From Octopus bimaculoides (taxonomy: Eukaryota): a stretch of 42,689 nucleotides of DNA. The position numbers and the translations under genes are program-made. This document shows, piece by piece, positions 10,745-22,023 of the stretch; the stretch's first letter is position 1; each line of letters starts with the position of its first letter. A model generated the notes under the pieces. The model did no database searches, was not told the origin of the DNA, and worked only from the letters and a program-made list of their open reading frames with translations. The stretch is from contig NC_068983.1 in NCBI RefSeq assembly GCF_001194135.2, positions 116,553,152 through 116,595,840 of the forward strand. The letters run 5' to 3'.

Positions 10745-11650
10745 AGAGGGTGTTTCATAAAGACTGACCCAATTTAAACATATTCTTTTGAAACTACGTG
10801 TATCCAAGGATTGAAAAGTTCGTAGCTGAAATTGGTGTGGTCTATAGTTTTAGGGAATTGCCGCTAGATGTCGATCGGTGCCTTAATCTTCAATGTAAAC
10901 CCTAGTAATTTGCAAGATGTGGTCCGCTCAATAGTAGGCATTCTACTGTTTAGCAAGAACGAATCAGTTCAGCGTGCGTTTCATAACCTTTTGGTGTTAA
11001 ACTGTCAAAGAACATCCATCGTCGGTATAGGCAATATGAAGAAACTAGGTGTTTGTGCAAGGGGAAAAGTCGAGGTCGACCACGCATTTCTGAGGAAAAT
11101 ATGCGAATAATTAAACAGACGTTTGAGCGGAACCCGCGTAAGTCTACTCGCAGTGCCAGCAGAGAACTTGCATTACTTCATTCAACTGTGTGACGTGTGT
11201 TAAGGCAACGTTTGACCATGAAGCCATACAGATTACAAGTTGTACGAGCTCTTCGTATTGGTGACAAAAGGAAACGCGTGAAATTCAGCAATGCTTACTT
11301 AGAGAACGTAGAAGATGACAGTTTTTTTTGCTGCGATTAATCTTTAGTGATGAAGCTACTTTTTATCGAACCGGTAAAGTTAATTGCCATAACGTGCGCA
11401 TGTGAGGACTCCAGAATTATCATGAAATCGTAGAGCATGATTGAGATTCTCCAAAAGGTAACGATTTTTGTGCGCTTTCACAAACCATGATTTATGGCCT
11501 GTATATTTTGAGGGAAGTACAGTGAATGGACAAACCTATCTTGAACATGTTTTTGCTCCTCCTTTAGCTCGTGATGTTGATGAGCTTAAAAACAGGATAA
11601 CAGTAGCAATTGCTTCAATCAACGAAGTCACCTTAGTATGCATTTTTGCA
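10745..11650 (+). mobile_element. Tc1/mariner transposase remnant (rosa/DD41D-like motifs)
   Basis: Left TIR-like agggtgtttcataaag after (CA)n; KSRGRPRISEE...NPRKSTRSASREL...MKPYRLQVV...LIFSDEATFYRTGKVNCHNVRM*G. Internal deletion removes the later catalytic residues. Confidence 0.85.
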
Positions 11651-11966
11651 AACTCTTTGATTATTATGTGTGGGGCGTAGTTGAGCAAGAGACCAACAAA
11701 ACTCCTTGTAACACCAAAGATGAACTGAAGGCAATGACTATGGCAGCATTAACCAACTTCAACAAGAAGACCTTCTAGAAGAGTTGCAGGAGATTCCGAA
11801 GTCGTCTAGAAGCTGTGGTTGAAGCTAATGCCGAAGTGTTTGAATGAATTTATTCTTTAGTATTTCAAGATATTGTTTTTTGTAAATTTGGTAAATACAT
11901 TTGTTAAAATAAGATGTCAGTGTTGTTTTCATTTTTGCATCAATTAGACGGCAATATATTCACCGC

Positions 11967-11971
<5 letters not shown>
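11650..11971 (+). mobile_element. maT/DD37D-like transposase C-terminus plus right TIR
   Basis: DYYVWGVVEQETNKTPCNTKDELKA...SCRRFRSRLEAVVEANAEVFE*; ends ccgcaccc|ta. Confidence 0.75.
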
Positions 11972-12010
<39 letters not shown>

Positions 12011-12013
<3 letters not shown>

Positions 12014-12085
12014 GGTGGCAATAGAATCACTATACAGTTACTTTTTTATTATATGTAACTGCATAACAACTTTATTGCCACTCTG
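12011..12085. mobile_element. 75-bp hairpin mini-MITE with TA TSD
   Basis: 31-bp arms CAGGGTGGCAATAGAATCACTATACAGTTAC versus reverse complement CAGAGTGGCAATAAAGTTGTTATGCAGTTAC; 13-nt loop; TA on both sides. Confidence 0.8.
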
Positions 12086-12089
12086 TATA

Positions 12090-12801
12090 NNNNNNNNNNN
12101 NNNNNNNNNNNNNNNNNNNNNNNNNNNNNNNNNNNNNNNNNNNNNNNNNNNNNNNNNNNNNNNNNNNNNNNNNNNNNNNNNNNNNNNNNNNNNNNNNNNN
12201 NNNNNNNNNNNNNNNNNNNNNNNNNNNNNNNNNNNNNNNNNNNNNNNNNNNNNNNNNNNNNNNNNNNNNNNNNNNNNNNNNNNNNNNNNNNNNNNNNNNN
12301 NNNNNNNNNNNNNNNNNNNNNNNNNNNNNNNNNNNNNNNNNNNNNNNNNNNNNNNNNNNNNNNNNNNNNNNNNNNNNNNNNNNNNNNNNNNNNNNNNNNN
12401 NNNNNNNNNNNNNNNNNNNNNNNNNNNNNNNNNNNNNNNNNNNNNNNNNNNNNNNNNNNNNNNNNNNNNNNNNNNNNNNNNNNNNNNNNNNNNNNNNNNN
12501 NNNNNNNNNNNNNNNNNNNNNNNNNNNNNNNNNNNNNNNNNNNNNNNNNNNNNNNNNNNNNNNNNNNNNNNNNNNNNNNNNNNNNNNNNNNNNNNNNNNN
12601 NNNNNNNNNNNNNNNNNNNNNNNNNNNNNNNNNNNNNNNNNNNNNNNNNNNNNNNNNNNNNNNNNNNNNNNNNNNNNNNNNNNNNNNNNNNNNNNNNNNN
12701 NNNNNNNNNNNNNNNNNNNNNNNNNNNNNNNNNNNNNNNNNNNNNNNNNNNNNNNNNNNNNNNNNNNNNNNNNNNNNNNNNNNNNNNNNNNNNNNNNNNN
12801 N
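12090..12801. other. Assembly gap (others at 3797-3907, 13710-13719, 14205-14700, 31497-31864, 36872-36996)
   Basis: Runs of N. Confidence 1.
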
Positions 12802-13027
12802 CGTGACACTGTGACAAGGCTGACCCTTTGAATTACAGGCACAACAGAAACAGGAAGTAAGAGTGAGAGAAAGTTGTGGTGAAAGAGTACAGCAGGTTTC
12901 GCCACCATCCCCTGCCGGAGCCTCGTGGAGCTTTAGGTGTTTTCGCTCAATAAACACTCACAACGCTCGGTCTGGGAATCGAAACCGCGAGTCCGCTGCC
13001 CTAACCACTGGGTCATTGCGCCTCCAC
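12802..13027 (-). mobile_element. SINE family A (3' part lost in the gap)
   Basis: Reverse complement of the 13880 copy, with a 14-bp head deletion between TCGCGGT direct repeats. Confidence 0.9.
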
Positions 13028-13099
13028 ATTCAACTTTATATGTGTATGTATGTGTGTGTGTGTCTGTGTCTATGTATGTTTGTGTGTATTTATGTGAGT

Positions 13100-13238
13100 G
13101 TGTGTCTTTGTGTTTGTGTTTGTTTCCCACCATCGCTTGACTATCGATGCTGGTGTGTTGACATCCCTATAGCTTAGTAGTTCGGCAAGATGTTACTCCA
13201 GCTTGACCACAGTCAAATAACTGAAATGTATAAAAGAT
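13100..13238 (+). mobile_element. SINE family B, 3' half (internally deleted)
   Basis: cccaccatcgcttgactatcgatgctggtgtg...cagtcaaataactgaaa matches 35263-35478. Confidence 0.7.
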
Positions 13239-13374
13239 TATGTTCATATACATATACATGTGGGTGGGTGTGTGTGTGTGTGTGCGCGCGCGATATGTGC
13301 ATGTATGTACCATATGGTATAATTATAAACAGAGCAAATTTTAGCTATTTCTCCGCAGACTGAAAAAAAAAAAG

Positions 13375-13434
13375 ATGAGCAACCTTAATCGATTTTCGAA
13401 CCTTATTGGGTTCTCATCAGCTGTGTCTACTCAT
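13375..13434 (-). ncRNA. Type I hammerhead-like motif with intact core and stem II
   Basis: CUGAUGA-GAACC-caauaa-GGUUC-GAA-AAUCGAUU-A. Distal stem I AUGAGUAG/UUGCUCAU is present; proximal stem I is unpaired. Confidence 0.6.
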
Positions 13435-13620
13435 TTTGACAGCCTCGAGAGAAAGAAGCAGTCTAACTGTTTATATACTCAACAAATGCAACATTTACTC
13501 AATGAAGGTGTCCCTAATTTGCATACCGAAAGTGTTTAACACGATAAATACCAGCGGCCTGTCAACGAAGATCTTAGTCCACACAGTATCAAGGTATGAT
13601 ATAATGAATATGTAACATAT

Positions 13621-13815
13621 TGTATGTATGTATGTATGTATGTATGTATGTATGTATGTATGTATGTATGTACGTATGTACGTACGTACGTACGTACGTA
13701 CGTACGTACNNNNNNNNNNTACGTACGTACGTACGTACGTACGTACGTACGTACGTACGTACGTATGTATGCATGTATGTATGTATGTATGTATCTATCT
13801 ATCTATCTATCTATC
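13621..13815. repeat. Compound (TATG)n-(TACG)n-(TATG)n-(TATC)n microsatellite
   Basis: Directly visible; 10-N gap at 13710-13719. Confidence 0.95.
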
Positions 13816-13879
13816 GATGTATTTGTATATATATACTGAAGATGTCATATGTATAATCAAGCAGTTATATAAGACTATC

Positions 13880-14204
13880 GTGGAGGCGCAATGGCGCCTA
13901 GTGGTTAGGGCAGCGGACTCGCGGTCATAGGATCGCGGTTTCGATTTCCAGACCGGGCGTTGTGAGTGTTTATTGAGCGAAAACACCTAAAGCTCTACGA
14001 GGCTCTGGCAGGGGATGGTGGCGAACCCTGCTGTACTCTTTCACCACAACTTTCTCTCACTCTTACTTCCCGTTTCTGTTGTGCCTGTAATTCAACGGGT
14101 CAACCTTGTCACACTGTGTCACGCTGAATATCCCCGAGAACTACGTTAAGGGTACACGTGTCTGTGGAGTTCTCAGCCACTTGCACGTTAATTTCACGAG
14201 CAGG
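13880..14204 (+). mobile_element. SINE family A with complete tRNA-like head (3' end in the gap)
   Basis: GTGGAGGCGCAATGGCGCCTAGTGG (A-box-like) ... GGTTTCGATTTCC (B-box-like). Confidence 0.9.
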
Positions 14205-14714
14205 NNNNNNNNNNNNNNNNNNNNNNNNNNNNNNNNNNNNNNNNNNNNNNNNNNNNNNNNNNNNNNNNNNNNNNNNNNNNNNNNNNNNNNNNNNNNNNNN
14301 NNNNNNNNNNNNNNNNNNNNNNNNNNNNNNNNNNNNNNNNNNNNNNNNNNNNNNNNNNNNNNNNNNNNNNNNNNNNNNNNNNNNNNNNNNNNNNNNNNNN
14401 NNNNNNNNNNNNNNNNNNNNNNNNNNNNNNNNNNNNNNNNNNNNNNNNNNNNNNNNNNNNNNNNNNNNNNNNNNNNNNNNNNNNNNNNNNNNNNNNNNNN
14501 NNNNNNNNNNNNNNNNNNNNNNNNNNNNNNNNNNNNNNNNNNNNNNNNNNNNNNNNNNNNNNNNNNNNNNNNNNNNNNNNNNNNNNNNNNNNNNNNNNNN
14601 NNNNNNNNNNNNNNNNNNNNNNNNNNNNNNNNNNNNNNNNNNNNNNNNNNNNNNNNNNNNNNNNNNNNNNNNNNNNNNNNNNNNNNNNNNNNNNNNNNNN
14701 ATAGGGAGGGGGAG

Positions 14715-14895
14715 TAAACGGGGTCACGCATTCAGTCGTGACTGCTTTTGATCTTCCGGAAGCAAGTGAGGCACAACTTTTACTGCAACTCCTTTCATTC
14801 GCAATTCCTTGCTCAAAGTTCGTGGGACGAGCTTGAGGACAAACCGGTCATATCAAACAATTCGTCAATTGTTCGGCGACCTTCCTCCAAGATCA
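14715..14895 (-). mobile_element. Mariner transposase fragment
   Basis: ILEEGRRTIDELFDMTGLS...(frameshift) TLSKELRMKGVAVKVVPHLLPEDQKQSRLNA matches the mariner HTH-linker with a WVP-like motif. Confidence 0.8.
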
Positions 14896-15204
14896 CACAC
14901 ACACACACACACACACGCACGCATGCACGCACGCACACACACATACACATACACATACACACGCTAAAATTTAATGTATACAGATCCATACATTACGTAT
15001 ATACACGTATGCATGGATACACCGCGTACATATTGTTTAAATCACCGTTAAAATAACGGTTTCTTTTTGAGTTAGAATCCGGCTTTTCCAATTCAAGAGA
15101 CATTTGAAAGATAAAAAGCAGAACATGCATATTATACACTTTCTCATATACTCAAATATACACCTGTACATATGTCTCACACTTCTCTCTCTCTCTCACG
15201 CACA

Positions 15205-15237
<33 letters not shown>

Positions 15238-15521
15238 GTGCTTTAGTGGCTTTGGAGTTAATTTAACTCTTATTTTAACATATGCGGTGCTTTTCAGCAC
15301 CCTCCGTCACATTTGTGACGTCTTTTTATTTTGCTTTTAAGTTCAAATTGCTAATAAGCCACCCTTTTAATTTGTTGGTATACACACACATATGAACTGC
15401 AACAAAAACAAAGGTGGTGTAGCTGCCTAGCAAAGAATGGCTATAAGCTGTTAAGCATTGAGCGGGTAGGTGTATATCAGAAAAAAAGAATGAACTAGCA
15501 AAACATATGGTATCAATATAA

Positions 15522-16022
15522 AGAGTATAATTTATAATTCAAACATAATTTCAGAGTAGTTAGATTTCCATATGAACCAACTATTTCGTCTTCTGAGAAG
15601 AAGAATTAAAGAATATCCATAATAAAAGATAGTAGTAGTTACCAGTACCACCATCGAGGAATTAAGGGATATCCTTAGTAAAAGATAATAGTAGTTGCCA
15701 GTTCCGTCTTGGAAAAGAAAGCGAGCAGATTATGAGTAAACTTCAACCTGGTTAAAATGTTACTTCCATTATCTTTTATTAAGGATACTTCTTAATTCTT
15801 CGGTGATGGAACTGGTAGCTACTAATATTCGTTATTAAGGATATTCTTTAATTCTTCCTCTCAGAAGTTGAAATAGTTGGTTTATATGGAAATGTTTGTT
15901 CAATGACCTTTGCACCATACGCACAGCTACTCAAGAAACAGTTGTGATTATGCATTATTTCTTAATCCCTGATTTATTCTAACTACTCTGCAATTATGTT
16001 TGAATCATAACTTACACGCTCT
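15522..16022. repeat. Foldback (long inverted repeat) with internal ~56-bp tandem units
   Basis: Left arm 15522-15699 pairs with 15760-16022; 85 extra bp in the right arm (15894-15978); ~60-bp loop. Confidence 0.85.
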
Positions 16023-16794
16023 AAAGTGATACCAAATTAGGCCAATGAATGGTGATAAAATGTAAATGCAGTTTATTAAGCACATTCGACATTCGAGCCT
16101 ACCGATCGAATCTTCGGACAGGGTTGGTATCTGAAGTACAAAAACAACTTCATATATTGTTTTTTTCTCATGCTTGATGTGCTCTTCATACTACGTAATA
16201 GACTTGCTGTAATTGCTTGAACGCCATCGGGTCACATAATAGAGAGATTTCATCGTTCATTTAGACGTTGGTCCTTAATCAGCAGAAAAAGAAGTATAGA
16301 CTGAGAAAGAGGATGGGAGAGAGAGAGAGAGAGGTAGAGGGAGAGAAAGAGGCATGTAGATATCGACCTTCCATTGACATTTTAATACTAAGGCTTTACA
16401 CTAAGTATTCACACTAGTTACTTAACCGAAAGGAACTCGCGAACTGTATTGCTTCTTTCTCAGTTGATTACAAAATTGATTAATTTTTTTAAGTAAGAAG
16501 AAATATTAAGCAATGAAGACCCACCACATTATAGTTAAAATGAGTGGTTGTACAAGGAAAAAATAGTGCCACTTTATAATCACTCGATCTATAAAAATGT
16601 GAGTTAAATTTCATTTAAAGAACACTTAACTATCTTTATAAGTTATGTTGGTGTAGAAACACCTTAAGCGACGGAATGGTCACAACTGGAGAGCATTTGA
16701 TCAGCGATCTTGATATCGCTATTAATGAGAGCTTTGCTACCGGGTTTTATTTTTAATTTAATTTCTAGACAATGTGTGTTCTATATGTTCTATC

Positions 16795-17025
16795 CTTAAA
16801 GTGGTGAGCAGGTAGAATCTTTAGATAATCGGTAAAAAATTCCTTTCGATATGTCTTCTGGCTCCTTACATTCCGAGCTCAGATCTCACTCAAGTCAACT
16901 CAGCCTTCCATCATTTCGGGGTCTGTAAAAGAAAGTACCAATCAAATAGCGGAGTCGATAATATCAACTAACTCTCTTCTCTCATAATTCCTGGTCTTCT
17001 GCTTTGATTAGAAACTATGATTTTC
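16795..17025 (+). mobile_element. Old, diverged SINE C-related copy
   Basis: gtggtgagcaggtagaatc...caagtcaactcagccttccatcatttcggggtc...aagtacca is collinear with 6627-6840. Confidence 0.65.
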
Positions 17026-17298
17026 TATCTTTCCACATTCAGGCGTCGTCTGAACATAAACGAACCATCTTAAGCAAATATGAACTCTATGAGGACAAAA
17101 TCAAAGAAACATTTTCGAATGTTCAACGTAACTCGGTACCTGGAGAATTTAAGCTCATGTTAGATTGTTGTTCCCCAAGAACAACATACATAAGTACTTC
17201 AAATTATTCTCTATAAATGTTGTGTCTTATCATATCTAATATTTATGGGCAACTATACAGTGAAGACTGTTTCTAAAAGACAGGGTTTTCTCTTGAAC

Positions 17299-17545
17299 CA
17301 GTGGTTTTCAACCCGAGTCTATTTGGGCTTGGGGTTGCATATAAGACTTTGTTGTTAAAATTTAAGTGCAGCAAGTTGCTTATATTTGTATAAAACAAAA
17401 TGTTTTAATTTTTTAAATACAATTCCTAATAATATTTAATTATAAAAATACGATAGGATGCTTTTTATGTACACCAAATGGTTATGAAAGTCAAGGAAAT
17501 TAAAATGGGAACCAAAGGGGTCCATAGTGAAAGAATGGACCTTAA
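17299..17545. mobile_element. hAT/Charlie-like MITE fragment
   Basis: Starts CAGTGGTTTTCAACC, typical of Charlie TIRs; no matching right TIR found. Confidence 0.45.
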
Positions 17546-18459
17546 AGATGAGAAAATATTTTAAACGTTTAAAATATGCACATTTCTAAAATCTTCTAGT
17601 CTGCTTAGTTGTAGAATACAACGGATACATGAAGAAGGTACATTCTATTGGTACATATATTTTAGGATAAAAACAGAGAAGAGTAGCTTGTTAGGTGAAT
17701 GGACACTAGTAATGTAGTTACGCTATAAATTGCGAAATTTTTCCTGGTGTCATTTCTACTACACGTAAAAGATTTTTCACTTTCGAAAAGTACTATTATC
17801 CAAGTTTATATAATGGACCCCTCATTTTGAAACATTTCTCTTATATTTTGACATTCGTATATGACTTAAAATGAACTCCTCAATTAAAAATTGTGCTCTG
17901 CATTTCTCCATTGGAACTGCATCACCTCGAAAATCATTCTCTTTCCCAATGTTTACCACTTCAAATATGTATTTTAAACTTAATATTTACCTAGGTAACG
18001 TATTAATATGACAAAAATTCTTCTGTTTCTTTGTTTTGTATTGCATGCAAAATGGGTTTGGCTGCATTATTGAAGAACACACAAAAAGAACGAACGTAAT
18101 CGCGAATTTCGTACACATACATACATACATACATGCATACAAGCATACATACATAATGCATGCATACATACATATATGTGTGTATGTATGTGTATCTGCG
18201 TGTACGTATGTATTGATTGGTGGATGTATGTGCAATTAATCAGCTTATTTATTTTAGCTACAGTGCATATAAACTGAAGGAAGCGTATAATGTCTATTAT
18301 TATGTAGATGATTATACATAATTGGTGGCGTCCATTAAGAAATTGCTTTGTGCTGTTGATAACAAGAATACAGAGAATCATGAAGTGTGCTAATTAACGT
18401 ATAAAATATTTTATTATGAGAACATGAAATGTAAGGAAGCGAAATCTTCTAAAAAAAAC

Positions 18460-18530
<71 letters not shown>

Positions 18531-18579
18531 CTCTGTGTGTTTGTCTGTCTGTCCGTCCCTCCGTCTATCTGTCTATTTG

Positions 18580-18648
<69 letters not shown>

Positions 18649-18672
18649 ATGTTATCTACCTATCTGCCTATC
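18460..18672. repeat. (TATC)n/(TGTC)n compound microsatellite
   Basis: Directly visible. Confidence 0.95.
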
Positions 18673-18829
18673 TAATATCAGGCTGAATTTCAAAGTATCT
18701 ACACCACTGCGGTCATCACAATCAACGCTGGTCTGTCTGTCTGTCTATCTATAGAAGACTTCTTTTTTACTGATCACTGCTAATCACTGTTACTGTCATT
18801 TTGGACCATTCTGCTAACATATCCCTGCA

Positions 18830-19900
18830 TGAGTGAACTGACAATTCCGCGTATGACAATTCAGCGCTGACAATTCTGTGCAAAGACAATTCAGCGCGTC
18901 GTATTTATGTGTACATGAAATTTAATTTCATTTAATTGTTTTCAAAATTTCTAAACTTATGTATGAAGGGCATGTTTTCCCAGTGATATATATATACTAT
19001 TGCAAAATAAAACAGAGGATTCATATGAGAGGGCACAAAGGAACATTTTAGATTTAAACTCGGACCTGAAATCACCAGATACTATGCTCTATGACTTTTA
19101 AGAGGCATTCTAAAAGGCATTTACAACTGTTTTTGAAATCACGCATGTAAGTGGATGCTTCTTTCATCTCAGCCAGTTCGTATGGAGGAAAATCCAGGAT
19201 TTAAATCTTAGCTTTATATAAGGGAGGAACATATTCGTTGATACCGTAACATGTTAATAGCCTTGGCTTTTGTACCAGTTGGCGGTATTTGTGGAGTATT
19301 TGAATCTTTGCAAGATGTAATGCCTCGGGAATTGGAAGAATTAACAAATTGTTTTGAAGACAGATGGGTTGGTCGCCCATGTCGCAGAAGACATACTCTT
19401 TTAAAACCAGAAATCTGTAGTATTTTTGACTGTACTCAGGGAGACCTATCAAAGAGCAACAATTCATTAGACGGGTGGCACCGAAGTCTTCAAGTATCGT
19501 TGGGTCATAACCACTCAACCTTTTATAAGTTTATAGAATTTCTCAAACTAGAACAAAATCATACAAAGGAAAGGATGTTAAGACTCAGAACTGGACACGA
19601 AGATGTTTTCAAACACTCATAAAGCATAAAAGAACCCATAAAGCAATAAAAACCTTAATTAATGACTATAGAAATCGAGCCGATAAGTTGGAATACTTCC
19701 GAAATGTAAGTTACCAAATTGAACTATAGAAATAGATTAATCTTAATATTTGTATAAAGATATTTTTTTAATAGTTCAATAAATTGTTTCAACTCAAAAC
19801 TTATTTTCATTATTACTTCCCTGAATTGTGCTTATGTTTACTTCTTTGCGCTGAATTATCTTTGAGCTGAATTGTCCTTTCGTTGAATTGTCATGAAATC
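18830..19900 (+). mobile_element. Internally deleted Mutator-like (MULE) element
   Basis: LQNKTEDSYE...DF*EAF..VF...VSGCFFHLSQFVWRKIQ...LAFVP...KSNNSLDGWH...TFYKFIEFLKLEQ. Inverted arrays of four GACAATTCAGCGC-type motifs at 18840-18897 and 19820-19892. Confidence 0.9.
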
Positions 19901-22023
19901 AGAAATTTTCAATTTTTTTTCAATAGCATAAATATGCCTATGAAGAGAAAAATATTGAAAAACATCAATACATGTGACAGTGACAAAGGTGGTCATAGAA
20001 TGTGGTAGAAACAACAGCTAAACCTCCTTTAAATCACACACCTTTTCTTGTGAAAATATTAATTTGCTTTCCACCGAAAAGGCTTCCCTCAACGTTTTTA
20101 AGTGTGTACTACAAAAAAAAAAAAAAAGAAAAATGCTCAAAATCGGTCCGGATGGGTATAAGGAGGGGACGGGAGGGAGTGGTAGAAAAAAAATTAAGCC
20201 ATGGTGAAAAAGAAATTGGCAAAAGCACCGTCAAAACGGAGAAAATTCAACATGTTGGAGTTCTAATCCGAAACTCGGCCATTATTGAAATTAGTCAATA
20301 CACATTTTGCCCCAGCTTAGACATCATTTTTTTGAGAATGAAAAATTATGAAATTAGACATTAGTGTGGGAAAAAACTGACATGGAAGCCAGCAGAGAAA
20401 AGAATATTAAATGTTAAACACCAAAAAATATGCAAATATTTTATTAGCAATTCAGAATAACAAGATATCAGAAATTACTTATTTTGCCCCAGCGCTGTAG
20501 TAATTTAAAATGTTTCACGAATTAGAATTGTACAGAATGACGAAGAATATCGATAAAAGAAAGGAAAAAGTTCGCTTTAATGAAGAACATTTGACGATAT
20601 GTGCAATAATAAGCCGAAGAAAATGTTTTTAGCTGTTGTGAGATGTAATTTTATAACTAAAGCTAAATTCAAAAATTGCAACTCCCACAGTAGAGGAGGT
20701 AATAAGCGTGTAACAAAGAATATTAATTTTTAAGAATATCCTCTTGCTAAGACTGTATAATTAGTACTACGAACATGAACTCAATACCATTGCAAGAAAT
20801 AAATGGTTCAGAAAAATATTGAATTTCAAACGAAATTAGGCATTTCATGGTTTCCTTTAAACTCCCAGCCATCTTATAATTTTCGAACAAAGCAGTTCTT
20901 GAGATTCTGATGGTCTACATCAAAGGTAGTTCAAATTTCAGTTATTGAAATTCGGTTTCATCTCGCTTTTGATATTCTACCTGAGAGTATAATATACATA
21001 AACAGCATAATCATGGAAGTCATAAACTTTTCACTTAAATTATGCTCCTCGTTAACGATACCTCTTGTCATCCAAGTCTGAGAAAAATTAATGTCCTTCG
21101 TGTAACATTTATAGAGGGTACAATACTCATTCTGTTATTTAAGGACCCTAATCTATAAATAAATGGATGTCAGCACGCTAAAAATTGCAAGAGCTGATCT
21201 GCCTGAAACTGTACCATCAACAGCCCATATTCAACCTTATTGAATGGAACTGCAAGGAGAAGTACGTCTGACAGAAATGTTCTGTGATAGGTTTTATGAC
21301 GGGAAAGACCCTAATCCCAAGTTCTGTTCAATGTGAACTGTGACAACCAATATTGTACGAGTATCAGACATCGTTCAAAGTGTTTCAGACCACGCGCTGG
21401 TCAACTAACGCCGTTGGGGAAGAGTTGCACAAAGAACTGTCAACTCGAGAATCTGAAGTTCACGCTATCCAGTTCTACCATTCACTTATCAAAGTGTGAT
21501 CAGAGGAAAGAAATTGACATTTTCTTAGAAAAAGACGCAAGAAATATTTGCATTATACCGTAGTTATATCTAAACTGTGCGAACATTTTAGAACAGCAAC
21601 AATCAAATACAAACGAAAAAAGTTTTGAAAAATCTGAGAGTCAATAATACGTAGCAAGTTCAATTTTCAGCAGCTCAAACTTTTTTCTAATTCTATATTG
21701 TATTTCTTGTCTTATACATATTCCAGGTGAATTACACAAATATCTCTTGATCTGAAACAGATCGACTAGCGCATTGCTTCTGGAAGCTTCTAATTTCTCT
21801 CTTACAGACAGGACAACTTCGAGGCTAATACTAGTCTACAGAAACTTGACAAATACCTGTCAGTTTTATGTTCTGCTAAAACATGAAACACATACTTTTC
21901 ATTCAACAGAACAATTTCTTCGTAGATGGTATTAATAGGTGCGACTGCTTACCACACCAGGGATTCGAAACTGCTTACACGTCACCCCTTTAGAGATGGA
22001 TCAAATTGTGCAGTAAGTTCCAT

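Noticed and set aside
13306-13617. Possible TG...CA LTR around the 13.4-kb hammerhead
   Set aside because: Termini are imperfect (TGTACC versus TGTTAC) and flanks do not form a TSD.
13880-13960. tRNA-like A and B boxes (also at 39480, 5299, 6627)
   Set aside because: SINE heads; no acceptor stem or complete cloverleaf, so not tRNA genes.
12015-14751. Long ORFs of 177-302 aa
   Set aside because: Mostly N-gap read-through plus SINE A sequence.
14701-14895. CpG-rich segment with CCGGAAG and GTCACG/CGTGAC, promoter-like
   Set aside because: Explained by a minus-strand mariner transposase fragment.
21150-21560. Weak Tc1/IS630- or mariner-like peptide hints
   Set aside because: Too degenerate to assign by eye.
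21795-21900. Good splice-acceptor-like ttctaatttctctcttacag
   Set aside because: No donor or recognisable peptide downstream; such motifs are frequent in AT-rich DNA.
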